45,512 nt of DNA from Octopus bimaculoides (GCF_001194135.2 NC_068985.1:62728889-62774400); one strand, 5' to 3'; counted from the stretch's first letter, positions 11,074 to 24,572 are shown. A program made the numbers and translations. Notes: generated by a model not told the origin, from the letters alone.

Positions 11074-13955
11074 AATCTACTTATCATAGATTCCAAGTGA
11101 CCGTTTGACTAACAATAAATAAATGCCAAATTTTCCATCCATATTAAAATCCTTTACGTATTAGACAAATTAGCTTGGCACATTTTTTTATGTCTCTGCA
11201 CCAGATTCAAATTCTGCTTTGGCCAAGTTAGCCTTTCATCCTATCAAGTCAACAGAAGTAGCAGTCTTTAGTGAGGATCTTTGAAGCACCTCTCTGATTT
11301 TATTAACACTTTTTACCCTGTTGTTTTTCATAGAAATACAAAGATGTCCTTGCATACACCTAAGTCCGTAAGTAACCCAGGCCAGATGTACATAGCATTA
11401 CCTATAAATAAAATACGTTGGGTGACAGTACCGGTTGTAAGCCAAAATAATATAAAATATAAACTGTGACGTCTTGATCTAGTACACTACCAAACATTGA
11501 ATACTTTCCATCATTGTGTGAGCAAGACGATAGTCTCAATTTTTGTTAATACTTTCAATATTTTCTTCATCATCTACTAAAAAATTATTATACCATTTTA
11601 AATTACGAATTTCGTGTCAAAAGGGGGACATTGCCGCGATCTCTTAAAGACCTGCTAATCTCGAAAATACCCGAACGACATACTCCGGAAAAAAGCGACG
11701 CTTCACCCGACGTACAGAACACAGATCTAAAATTCGTGTGTTTCCGGAAGACGCTCAAATATGAATCTAGTACAATCCGATGAATGTAGAATACTAAAGT
11801 ATTATTATATATATGGCTTTCTGTTGCCACCCTCTACATTTAATACTGTATGTGAGTGTCTGTATTACGAAATTGGGAAGTTTATCTCAAAATTTTGTAT
11901 TTGATATTTCCATCTATTACGAAAACTAGAATTTTCTGTATTAGTGTCTAAGATTTACTTTTGTGAAATCAAAACAGCTAAATACAATTTTCTAAACAAT
12001 GTATATTTCTGATAGTCACCGAATCCATTAAAAAAAAAAAGTAACATTCTAAAAGAGAAAAAATAAAATCGTTATCCATATTACAACACAGAATTTAAGT
12101 TGCATTGTGTTCAAGCGAATATCGGGACGAATGTTTTTTTTTTATTTGCTTATTTAAAAATGTTTCAGGAACCAATCTCGATCAGACATTAGAAAGTGGT
12201 TTTATTTTGCAATAGAAAAAGAAGTGATTGGTTGGGGGGGGGGGGCTGTAATAAATTTGTTATGAACCATGACAAATGTAGGATTTTTAAGGCTAAGTTT
12301 ACGAAATCTCGGTTACTATAGCAATAGTCATAACAACCATTTATCGATCTGTAATGAACTTCAGATACTATCAACTCTAAACAAAAACAATAAAACGTTT
12401 CTACAGCTGAATTTGCAAGAAAAATCAAGCTTGCATATATACCTATAGAATGTGTGCAACAAATTCTGTTGAAAAACTCCTTGCGTTATCACAAGAAAAA
12501 TGAAAATTAGGAAAACATTGGATAACTATCAGTCTCCGTTAAGTGATTTTAATACATTCTACTTGAATTTTGTTTCTAAATCTAAGGATCTAAATGTTTC
12601 TAAATGTCGGTGATTCCCATCATCAAAAACAAGTCGAATGAAGAAGATTCAAAATCAGTAACCCATATTTTACAGAATTGGAAGGAAGTATCCTCACCGA
12701 AAATGTCTCCTGAACTGCTGTAACATGAATAAATCAGATAAGGTGGTCCAAAATAAATATATTGATACATTTCCTGTTACAGATAATTATTTATCTAAAG
12801 AAAAGGTTAAAAAGAAAGCATGGAAAGATACTCGTAAGCAATGTGTGACACACTGTCCTGCCGATAGTAAAGACGATGCTACCGTTCCATTACTTAAAAG
12901 GGAAGATTATAAAGATAGGTAAGTCAGTTGAAAACTATTTCATTTATTTATTGTAACTCAAGATGAATTACTAAAAATAACATAGTATTTTCGTATAGAG
13001 AAGTACATTAAATAAAATTAGTGTAAAAATCGAAAAATCTACAATGCTTGTGATAGGCATATATCCTTCTTAAAAAAAGAATATCTTTGGTAACGTAAGA
13101 ATTAAAAAATGGGAATTAATATTCGAGTTTTCGAAGGACTGTACAGCTTTGCCAGACAATCACTATTTAAGGAGCGCCAACGAAAAAGACGAATTTACAT
13201 AAAACGAATCAAGACCGCGGGAAAGTCAAGAGACGACCATGGTTGTAGCCTCTTGAGATTATATATTACTCATGCATCTTGGTAGCCGCGTGGCTATGTT
13301 TATTCGGATTAGTTAACCACAAACATTTTTAAAGAGAGTCACAAGTCGAAGATAGTCTCCATCAGTGAAAATTCAAGTCACGTTTAAAGAAATCAAAACA
13401 ACGAACTTATAACAGCAGTAATTGTATATTAAATAGTAACTGTGTATGTATATATATATATTATAGCAAGAGTTGGAAGAAAATTAGTAGTCCTCCCAGT
13501 AATTGATAATTATCATCGCTACTTCTGTCATCTGACAGTTTTCTAGTGTCACACACAAACAAGTTCCAAGCATGATTGTTATGTTACAATAGCGATATCG
13601 TAAATACTAACAGAACTCTTCTAAAACAATGTATCAGGCACCACGTAAATGCTGAAGGATGTCCTGTTCACCTGCAATGGCTAACGGCTCAGGCAATCAG
13701 CATGGCGACACTAGTAACCGCCATTTTGGAAAAACTCTAAGTTCACCTTTTGTCTCGCAGTTAATTCTAGTAAAGATTTTATAAATAAAAAAAGTAGACT
13801 ATAGAAACAGCATGATCCCACCCTAACCATTGAAATACATATTCATATCATCACAAATACAGAGTGGATCATATTTTAACATCAGCGAAATTAAAATTTT
13901 ATACAAATAAGCCAATAAATGTGTAATCGAAATAAAGTAAATTGATCAGGTTTAC

Positions 13956-14099
13956 CTCGAATTCCTTGAAATATTGTGCTACTCCTGTATATGGCACTCT
14001 CTTTTTTTCGTGACTTAGTTTGTCAACTGGAGGATAATAAGGAATAGGATCTCTGGCCGCAAACAAAGCCAACAGATTCGGTGGCAAAAATTGTGTCAT
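13956..14099 (-). CDS. SNRNP70: U1 snRNP 70 kDa protein, first coding exon (48 codons)
   Basis: Translates to [48 protein letters not shown], the diagnostic U1-70K N-terminus. ATG at 14099-14097; ends at a phase-0 donor GAG|GTAAAC (GT at 13955-13954), matching the intron position I recall for the human gene. Confidence 0.97.
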
Positions 14100-14149
14100 T
14101 GTCTCCGTAAATTAATTATCGATTTTAAATGAATAATATTCGGAAAAAA

Positions 14150-14480
14150 TCTGTCGTTAAGAAATAAGTGAAGCCAGTAATGTGTGCAATTTCCTTCTTT
14201 CTTTTTTTTTAAACGTTTTTAAGTGCTCCGCGTTGGAAACAGTTAACGTAATTCAAAAGGCTTCAATATGTCCTTAATGTTTTGTTGAAGGATAAAGTAG
14301 TCGACAGCGCAAAAATGGTTCCACACTGAAAATTCAAAATTCAAGTTTAAAAAAAAATTTGCTAATCACAAAGACTGATTGCCTACGTGTACCTTGCAAG
14401 TGAACTGGAGATCAACTGCGAAATCTGACTGGTAATGTCTACAGCAGTTCGTGTCGTCAGCCAATAGCACATGCTCACTT
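14150..14480 (-). promoter_or_regulatory. Probable SNRNP70 5'UTR intron/promoter region
   Basis: Pyrimidine tract plus CAG acceptor on the minus strand ending at 14151 (cttatttcttaacgacag), 51 nt before the ATG. Weak candidate donor AAG|GTACAC at 14392; CCAAT box (cagccaatag ~14459-14468); CpG-retaining sequence. TSS not determinable. Confidence 0.4.
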
Positions 14481-15328
14481 CCTATGTCTGCTCCTCCACA
14501 GCAATGGTGCTCGATGATGATACTGCTGCCAACGCCATCTACTTCCCTTTTACTCCCACTATCTCTCTCAGTTTCTATTATTTTTACTTACTTTCTCGAT
14601 ATCTGACTTTTTCGTTCTCTTGGTATGTTATTGTGAAAGGCAGGGCGAGAGAAGGAAACAATCATTGACTGACTTTGTACTCGTTTATGCTGAACTTTCA
14701 ACATATAATGATTTAAAAGGAATGCAGCTTTCCGAAAAAGAAGTAATGTTTGTTATCAGTTCAGTACGTGAACATGTACCTTCGTGCAAGTTGGTTATAG
14801 GTGGGCCAGATCGAATAACCTGTTCGCATTGAATAATATCTTCATGTATGCCTTCATCACTGTTAATGGTTATCATTGGTCTTCAGAGCAGCAGCAGCTT
14901 CTACAATTTTTACACACACGCGCACATACTTCTTTTTTTTTCTTTTTACCTTTTTTTTCTTTTTACTTTCCATTAAATACTAAAATACAGCGAAAGCGAA
15001 CTCTGCAGATGCTGAAAATTCTATGATGACTGCTGTATATATGTATATACCTCGACAAGTATATGTATCTATGTACACACACACATATATATACACGCAT
15101 ATACATGTATATATATATATACGTATAAATACATATATATATATATTATTCATACATATCACAGAGTTGATGGATAAAAAGTATGTTGAGAATTACACGG
15201 AAAACCACAGCTATATAAATTTTTTTTAACTGATGCACATCAAAGAATGATGGATACATAAGATATGTGTATGTAAACGGCACATCTAACACGCACTCAC
15301 ATAAACACTTCTCTCTTTATATATATAT

Positions 15329-15372
<44 letters not shown>

Positions 15373-15635
15373 GTTTGGTTATTTCTACTTTGTGAAAATC
15401 TATTGATTTTGGCCAACTATTAACATTTTAATGTGCTCTGTCTCACCAAAATCGTTCGCTTTCTTCAATCGGCAAACACCCACACTTACTGTACTCTATA
15501 TTCCTCTTGATGCGATTTGTTTTGTTTGTGTTTGAATGTATCTGAATGTCGTGAGAGAAGATTCTTCTGTATGCAGCAGCAGCGGCAGACGCCACAAAAT
15601 CCGACCTGAAGGGGATGAGGTAAGAACCTTTATTT

Positions 15636-15653
15636 TATTATTATTATTATTCC

Positions 15654-15692
<39 letters not shown>

Positions 15693-15704
15693 TATTATTA
15701 TTAT
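15636..15704. repeat. (ATT)n microsatellite
   Basis: Directly visible, just downstream of the GTAAGA donor at 15620. Confidence 0.95.
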
Positions 15705-17049
15705 CATCATCGAATGTCACATTTGAATAGATCTGATTACTACACCATTGCAACAGCTATCAATAGTGATAATTAATGTATTTAACCATGTGACATTCAG
15801 TATTTTCAGAGACGAACTTGAATTTCTAAGTGCCTTCTTAAGTTTAAATAAATACACATATTTATTATTTTATGTATGCATGAATATGCATAACGATGTG
15901 TATATGTTTGCATACGTGTGAACATGTATGTTTGTATGCTTATATGAGTGTAGGGTGAGAACTGGTACATTCGAGCAGAAGTACTCTCCTAGTCATGCCC
16001 AACTCAATTAATTCCCCTTGCGCCAATACTACCTTTGTATCTGATTAGAAAGATAACATCAAGGGCATAGTTAGTGTCAATTGACTGAAACCACGTTATT
16101 TAACTCTGAATTTAAAAAGAAAATAGTACAGTAAAGACGGGACATTTTAGTACTGTGTTCTGAAGTGGGATGACCAGATTGTGAATACTTCTTGGCTGTG
16201 ATAAAAACCATCTCAGTACTAACACCTTTCAGGTGTACAGAATGGACATTTTACAGCCATCTCTCCTACCACCAAAGACAGTCCTATTCCTAACAGATGC
16301 AACATTTCAGGGTTGAAGAAATTGTAGGTATGTGATATCAGAGGCCAGTAAATGTGTGCTATGTACAAAAGAAGAGATCGAAACGAACGTCTGCTACACT
16401 CCTCGCGGGGAAGGAACAGATGTACAAATTTATATGGGTAGATAACAGTGTTGAAGTCATAGATATATGATCCGGAAAGGCAGGGGGAGGCAACTGTCCT
16501 CTCAAATTCGGGTAAGGCAAGAAGAAAAATATGTGACGGGGAAAGTAAAAATATTAACTAACAATGTTGCCGAATTGATTGTACAGAAAAAAAAAGGTAA
16601 TATACGTATGCCTAAGAGGGCGTGTATGTAAACATACATAGCGACCGCTTGGCAACAGCAGCTGTATCGTGTATTATTATAATCTATTGTGGTACCCGTG
16701 GAAAAAAAAACGATGGGTAATAAAATCTTCAGCTATATTTGTGGACATCAGAGGTAATAAGTTGCTCTGATTTTTCTGAAACAGACTCGTTTAGCTAACT
16801 GAGCTTATGTATGTGGGTGATAGACAGAAAGACTGCAATAAAAGATATTCAGATATATATAACCGAACACACGCACAGCTCTTAAGTCACATAAGTGGTT
16901 TAGAAACAAAATCTGCAACGCTAGTACAAAATTATCCCCCCACCCAAATTATGCAATATTTACCAGTATCATAACACTTGCAAACCACTATCTGAATCAT
17001 GAAGGATGCTTCCGTGCTCTCAAACTGCAGTTGATCTTTCTGGCAAGAT

Positions 17050-17990
17050 GATCTCTGCTATGCAGAATCCTCTTTTCCTCCTCTCAGTTGTGAGGATTCT
17101 ATGAAAAGTACGTTCACGCTGCCTACTTTACACCCGACTCCACAACTCACATTAGTAAATTGCCTTAGAGTTTATTTCTATCTTCCCAATACATACACAC
17201 CAAGTGCGAAAGTACATATGTTCACACAAGATCACTAACACTGACAATATTCCTTAAATCCCCTAGAGCTAGACACCTTCAAATATTTAACCACTTCCTC
17301 TCTTCAGGGATGTACACAAATCTTTGGAATCTCGTTGCTATGTGTTCTGTTCCCAAGAAGGACAACCCCTCTGACTTTTTAAACTACCAGCTTATCACCC
17401 ATTTCCAGTATCTTCAAGGTAATGGAGGCAGATATTAATGCCTGTGTTCTCTGACACATTGAATTTTCACACACCTTAATAACCACCTGTGTGCTTTTCT
17501 CAACCAACTTCCAAAATTTGCATCACAACTACCATCTGCTGGAGACTATATTGTGCGCTTTCACTCTTGGGGAGTGTTGTTGCCTTTAACATAAGGGGAG
17601 CCTATGGGCTTCATCTGTCTGTCATTATTAGGAGTGATTGCTTCCAAGTAGATTGCACTGTTATCAAAATGCTGATGTTCCACAAACATTCTAAACAGCA
17701 TCTGTTGAAAAGGCACTCTGGTGATTGCCATAAAGTTAACCATAGAGACTTTCTACTATCTGACCCTGATGTTGGTTGCCTACTTCTGCCTCCTCTAATG
17801 CTACTGCAGTGCTCTTTCCTCTTCGAGGCTGACGGGTTTCATACTACTATTGTACAAACTTATCCAGATCACTCATTTCTCATCCTCACATCACCCATGA
17901 TATATCCAGCATCCCAGGACTCAGGCAAATCAATATGTTTCAAATGTCAGCTCTGTGGTACCCTCTATCAATGTCATTTCATGTCCTTCC
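17050..17990 (+). mobile_element. Highly decayed L2/CR1-group LINE RT fragment
   Basis: FNHFLSSGMYTNLWNLVAMCSVPKKDNPSDFLNYQLI resembles the LFNxxLxxGxFPxxWKxAxxxPVPKKGDxSDxxNYRPI RT N-terminal motif; internally deleted. Confidence 0.65.
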
Positions 17991-18269
17991 ATCTATGTAT
18001 GCATGTGTGTGTGTGTGTGGGAGTATATGTGTATGTATGTTTCTGTGAGCATGTATCTGTGTTTACGTGTGTAAATATGTGTATATTTATATATATATGT
18101 ATGTGTGTGTGTATAGCATCATCATCATTTAACGTGTTTGCCATGCTGGCATGGATTGGAAAACTTGGCAGGAACTGGCCAGTCAGAAGTACATGCTGTC
18201 ATCTTTTGGCTTCTGAGCATTACAAACAGACATCAAATAACGATGTATATATGTGAACGTACATACATA

Positions 18270-18691
<422 letters not shown>

Positions 18692-18839
18692 NNNNNNNNN
18701 NNNNNNNNNNNNNNNNNNNNNNNNNNNNNNNNNNNNNNNNNNNNNNNNNNNNNNNNNNNNNNNNNNNNNNNNNNNNNNNNNNNNNNNNNNNATACAGAAA
18801 TAAATTTTTTTTATACTCAAAACGCATGATAATGCTAAT

Positions 18840-19386
18840 AAAATAGCGTGATGATGCTACATTTAAATTGCATAAATTGGGGACCAGAGAATCTGCATAT
18901 TACAGAGGAATATCCTGCTAAGTTTTCAGGAGTTACTGTATGGTGTGGTCTATCTTCAAAAGAATTGTCATGCCAAGCATTCAAGAAGGCTTTAAAGATG
19001 TGGAGTTTTATTTCCAAAAAGATGGGGCACCTCCAAACTGGAAAGTCCTACCTTGACAAAATTTTGTCAAATAGGTAGATTGCATGGAGGGATTCAGTAC
19101 ATAAAAGATACAACTTACCGTGTAAAACCAGCAGAAGTTGATAAGCTGAATGAGTCATTAAACAAAAGTGTATACAAACTCTGAACAAAATGTTTCTAAA
19201 AATTTGTGATCCAATTTGCTTTGTGCTATCTGCAGTATCTGAAGTAGGATGACCATCAATTTGAAAACAGGCATTAGGAAAAAATTAAATTCTGTCTGTA
19301 GAGTTCATTCAATTTTGAAAATGTAATAAACTTCGAGTTTATAATCATTCAATGTGTGTTTGCATTTTAGGGGAACACCTAGTGTA
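18840..19386 (+). mobile_element. Tc1/mariner-superfamily transposase remnant
   Basis: NCINWGPENLHITEEYPAKFSGVTVWCGLSS and a frameshifted FQKDGAPP motif; ends in ttttaggggaacacctagtgTA, a TIR-like terminus. Confidence 0.65.
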
Positions 19387-19488
19387 TTGAAATGTACATA
19401 CTGAGTTTTGTTATAAAAGTTCATAAATGAGTGGTTTAGGTGAGTAAGATCTCATCTTAATATGTTCAAGTTTCATGAATACATTAAT

Positions 19489-19855
19489 AACAAGAGCACA
19501 GACCCCTGCCAAGTCAACACCAACGTCCTCTCAGCAATTAGCCAGAGATGATTTTTAAAATGAGAATTTCTGAAATAAACTTGACTGCTCTCACAAACAA
19601 GAATATTAAAAGTGAACCCAACTTTTCTCAAAAATTAAGTAAAAAAAAAACAAAAAAAAAACAGGAAAATAATTCAGAACCCTTGTCTAGTACTGGATCA
19701 ATCCCAAAATCTAATCAGTTCATGCCAGTGATGAGGTCAAGCATCCCTGAAAGTTTCATCCAAATTCACCCAGCTGTTTGAGATATCTTGCCTACGGACA
19801 AACAAAGAAACACAACTGTAAACAATACCCCTGCCTTTGCTAAGGCGAAGGTAAC
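19489..19855 (+). mobile_element. Non-autonomous Helentron-like (HINE/DINE-type) element
   Basis: Starts AACAAGAGC, contains aaagtttcatccaaat and ggacaaacaaa, ends with a short hairpin gcctt-tgct-aaggc then gaaggtaa. Assignment rests on resemblance to remembered mollusc HINE architecture. Confidence 0.5.
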
Positions 19856-19994
19856 AAGTGAAAAAAATTCTTCTAACAGGCTCAGGGTGTCCCAAAAGCA
19901 ACCATCCATTTTGAAAAATATTAAAAAATTATAAAACTTCAAGATACATACATCTCTCTTTCCATTATATATGCATGCATACATACATAGATAC

Positions 19995-20345
19995 ATCTTT
20001 TCTTTTACCTTTTACTAAATTCAGTCATTGGACTGGCAATGCTGGGCTACCGTCTTGAAGGGTTTCAATCAAACAAATCAACCCCAGTACTTATTTTTTA
20101 AAGCCTGGTACTTATTCTATCATTTCTTTGTTTTTGTCAAACTGCTAGGTTATACAGACATAAAGACACACACACATTATATATACATATGCAATGGGCT
20201 TCTACACAGTTTCCATCTATCAAATTAACTCACAAGGCTTTGGTTGACCCAGAACTATAGTGAAAACACTTGCAAAATGTACCACATAATGGAGCTGAGC
20301 CTAAAACTATGTGGTTGCAAAACAAGCTTCACCACACAATCATGC
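19995..20345 (-). mobile_element. tRNA-derived SINE
   Basis: Reverse complement of the 10250-10595 family. Confidence 0.75.
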
Positions 20346-21711
20346 TGCAGGTGTTGTTTTATATCTGCATTTAATGTTGACGTGTTAGATGTTTATCTCA
20401 GTTCACACCAGTTCATATTCAGAGTTACTGCCCTCCGAAATGGGTCAGAGGATCACACTTCAATACTGTTTTATTTTTGTCATGTTTTCTGTAGTTGGAT
20501 GCCCTTCTTAACACAAACCACTTTATGAAGAGTACTGGGTGTATTTTATCATGACATTATTACTAGAGGGATTACCACCATTGTATCTTTTACTTAACCC
20601 TACTGACTGACCTCTCTTTCACTTAACCATTAATACGTTCTCTTCTCCCCCCCCCCATTACTTTCTTCTCTAATATTGCCTTCATTAGACTCTCCCCTTC
20701 TACCATCTCTCAACAGTAAACCTATGTAACTCCAATAAGAATTGTCTTGGACTCTGACAAATCATCCAACCTGTGCAGGCACAGCAGAGAAACCAAGCCA
20801 CCTCATTACCATGTTGTTCCTGTCCTTCACACAAATCCTAAACATTACATTTTCCTTGTCTCCTCCTTTACTCCTACTCTAACACTGTTCCCAGTGTTTT
20901 TCTCTGTATTACTATCTTCTCATAACAGTAAATCTGTTCTATCCATCATGGGTGCTCTCTTGTGAGCTACAAGATAATCCCCAACAGTGCTGGTCCCACA
21001 ATAAGCAACCTGTATGCTTTGTAGGTAGTTGGTAATCAATTTGAGCAGTGACAACACAGGGCTTGAGAAGACACTGTATTCTTGTTGAGAGCAAGCAACT
21101 TCTATAGTGCCAGTAAACTCAGTACACTGTAAAGTGGTTGATGTCAGGAAGAGTATCCAGCTATAGTAACCATGTCAAAAATGAGTCAGTGAAGCAAGAT
21201 GTGATCTTCTAACCCACTGAATCCAGTTCAGCTGTTCAACTCATGCCAGTATGGAAAACAGACTTAAATTAATAATTAATTAACAAAAAGTAAATGCATG
21301 AAAGTCTAGAGGGTTCTAGAAGTTTTTAATTACTTTTTAATTTTATTGATTTCAGTTGGTGCCACAAGAAAACATTGAATACACTCTGTAAAGTGGTTGA
21401 TGATAGGAAAGGCATCCAGCTGTGTAACAGAAGGCAAATGGCAAGCACAAACACCTTGTCTATGGAGGTAGTGGCTCCCAATAACAGATGACTCAGGCTG
21501 TGATGAGCCATTCAACACATTAGCATGAAAAGTGGATGTAAAATTATAATGTAGTATATGTGTGTGTGTGTTTATTGAACTTTTATATGGTTGAGGTTGA
21601 CAATTTGAAGCTTTAGCTAACTTGCCTTTGTCATACTGTCAATAGACATGTACTCACTAAAATGTATAGAGTAATCTTTCAGTTTAATGTTAAATTGTTT
21701 TCATATATAAC

Positions 21712-23770
21712 TTGATGGAGAATGAATGGGAGGAGGAGAATCTGTCAAATGTTGACCTAATTGAGGGACTAGCTACCCAAATAGACAGTACCTTGGTAGA
21801 TAAAGCAATTAAGGATATGAAGACAGGGAAAGCCTCTGACCCATCAGGGATCACCATTGAGATGCTTAAAATATCTGGCAGTGTGAGTTATGGTCTAATC
21901 ACCTGTATTGTAATTCAGGTGGTTCACAAAGGAGTCCTACCCAATGACTGGTGTAGCAGCACCATAGTCAACTGCTGCAAAGGTAAAGGTGATGCCTTGG
22001 AAATAAATTACAGAGGTATCAAATTGTTGGATCAGGTGATGAAAGTTACAGAGAGGGTCATAGCCCAACTAATTAGAGAGAGTATTAGTCTCAAGGAGAT
22101 GCAGTTTGGTTTTGTGCCAGGGAGAAACACCACTGGTGCTATATTTCTGGTAAGGCAACTTCAGGAAAAATACCTAGCCAAATATAAACCTCTGTACTTG
22201 GCTTTTGTTGACTTGGAGAAAGCCTTATCTGGTGATCAATGCAAAAACTGGGGATAGACGAGTGGTTTGTGAGAGCTGTACATGCCATGTACAAAGAAGG
22301 ACACTATCAGTAAGGAGGGGATTGACAATGAGTACAGTGAAGAATTCAAGGTGCAGGTAGGTGTTCACCAAGGATCAGTCCTCAGCCCCATCTTGTTCAT
22401 CATAGTCCTCCAGGCAGTAAGAGAGGAATTTCAGACAGGCTACCCCTGGGAGCTCCTCTATGCTGATGACTTTGTTCTTACAGCTGGATCACTACCAGAA
22501 CTACAAAAGTTTCGGGTATGGAAGCAAGATCTAGAATCAAAGGGCCTTGGAGTTAACCTAGCAAAAACCAAAGTTTTAGTAAGTAGAAAGGCAGAAAAAT
22601 CACAAACCCCTTCATGTAGATGGCCTGTTCAATCGGTAGAAACTCTATGAGATGTACCTGGTGTAAGATAGGGACACAATAAGTACAGCAATATCAAAAG
22701 AGGGTTAACAGGGAAAATAACTTTTGTGTGTGGAAGATGCATAGGTATAATAAACACTGAAAATGTACAGAAAATAGACTTCATCCACTGTCAGTGGGGT
22801 AAGCTAGCAGTAGATAGCTTCCATTACCTAGGTGACCAAGTTAGTACAGAGGTAGATGCTCCAAGAGCGTAGCTGTGAGAAGAAGAATAGGCTAGGCAAA
22901 GTTCAGAGAGCTCCTACCCCTGCTGGCAACAAAGAGCCTCCCAGCTCAGAGTAAAAGGTAAATTGTGTGATGCTTGTGTGCAAACAGCTATGCTACACGA
23001 CAGTGAAACATGAGTTGTGACAGCCAAGGACATGTGTAGGCTTGAAGGAAATGAAGCCAGCATGTTTTGCTGGAGGTGCAATGTCAGTGTGCATGTTTGA
23101 CAGAGTGTAAGCATCTTTAGAAAAAAGTTGGGCATAAGAGGCATCAGGTGTGGTATGCAAAAGAGATGACTGCACTCGTATGGTCATGTGATGCTTATGG
23201 ATGAGGATAGCTGTGTAAAGAAGTGCCGATTTATAACTCTGAAGGGAACCTGTAGTAGCGGTAGACCCAGGAACTTTGGGCTTCACAGAGGTAATGACTA
23301 GTGACCAAGACCTTTGACGACATGCTGTGCTTGAGAAGACTTGCCAAGCCAAGTGAAATCATCATGGTCAATGCTGGTTTTGTACAATTGGCACCTTTGC
23401 CGGTGACACAAAAAGTGCCTTTCGAGTGTGGGACCTCACGGAGACAAAGTGGCATGTGAAAAACTCCTTTCAAGTGTTGGGTGTCACAGAGTCAAAGATG
23501 AATGACCAAGACCTTTGCCATTATATCATGCTTGAGAAGAAACCCATCAAGCCAAGTAAAATCACAGTTATGGCATATATTGGTGTCACACAAATGGCAC
23601 CTGAGCCAGTGGCACATAAAAAAAGTGCCTGTTACAATCTTGGAGTGGTTAACATTAGGAAGGGCATCCAGCTATAGAAACCATGCCAATAAGGTTGGTG
23701 TCTGGTGCAGCCTTCCAGCTTGCCAGTCCTGGTTAAACCATCCAACCCATGCCAGCATGGACAACAGATC
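21712..23770 (+). mobile_element. RTE-clade LINE, 5'-truncated (RT domain + 3'UTR), pseudogenised
   Basis: ORFs with GKASDPSGI, NYRGIKLLDQVMKV, LYLAFVDLEKA, GVHQGSVLSP and LLYADD; RTE tail ending ...ccaacccatgccagcatggacaacagat. Confidence 0.95.
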
Positions 23771-23819
23771 ATCATCATCATTTAACATCCACTTTCCATA
23801 TATATCAATTTTATGAGTA

Positions 23820-24060
23820 GATATATGTAAATATACTGCAGATAATGATCTACAGAGATATGCTGGAAATATCAAAGAAGCCGGAGATATTTTTCTCCAA
23901 AGACTAGGGCCAATGTTTGGCATTGAGCACTAAACAAATCCCTCAAGTTGAAACTGTTGCTTTATACTAAATGTCCCATTATTTCTAGACAGAAATAGAA
24001 CCAGGTACTGTAATATAGAGTTCAAAGGACCATAGGTATCCTTCAGCTAGAAAGGAAGTC
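23820..24060 (+). mobile_element. Possible R4/Dong-like (RLE clade) RT remnant
   Basis: DLQRYAGNIKE...IFFSKD*G..FG resembles the YMDDLKLYAKNE...FSKDIGMEFG region; very degraded. Confidence 0.35.
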
Positions 24061-24572
24061 GTTTTTTTTATTGACATCCATCACCTAAGTAGTTGCGAAG
24101 ATATTCAACCAACAAACAGACATTTTCTGTGTTATATCTCAAGACAACAGTAACCTCAAACATTGTTGTTCACTAAATACCATCTTGTGAAAAAAAGCTG
24201 TTGGAATATTAATGATGATGCTCCAGCATGATCCCAGGCTGAAAGTAGTAAACATATGTACATGCACATATATGCAAACCATAACACATACATGTATGTA
24301 TATGGGTATATATAGAGAGTGCAAAGGATATCTGAGGGCAGTTATCAGTATATTACTCTCTTCAAACCAGGTAAAAGGTTTTTATTTTAATCAGATCTCT
24401 CATGGTAAGTAAAACGTTAATGAAAAGACATGCAGTCATTATTGTTATATGTGCAGAAAACAGTGATTAAGAAATGGCCAACTGGATGCTTTTAGTGAGG
24501 TCACAATGTAGGCTGCATGACTACAAACCCCAGGAGAAGCAGCTTCATGCTAGGAAATGAAAGGTTAAAGCA

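Noticed and set aside
11603-11830. Minus-strand ORF MATESHIY...
   Set aside because: It starts at GTG, not ATG, and has no recognisable homology or splice signals.
13713-13727. 15-mer AGTAACCGCCATTTT (YY1-like) repeated exactly at 33251-33265
   Set aside because: About one exact 15-mer match is expected by chance in a window this size, and there is no further shared context.
14620-14832. ORF ...LSEKEVMFVISSVREHVPSCKLVIGG... faintly recalling DHDPS/HOGA1-family sequence
   Set aside because: TTG start, no catalytic motifs, no convincing splice sites; the similarity is within chance range.
17489-18256. 255-aa plus-strand ORF
   Set aside because: An off-frame read through a decayed L2/CR1 fragment plus microsatellite; no coherent domain.
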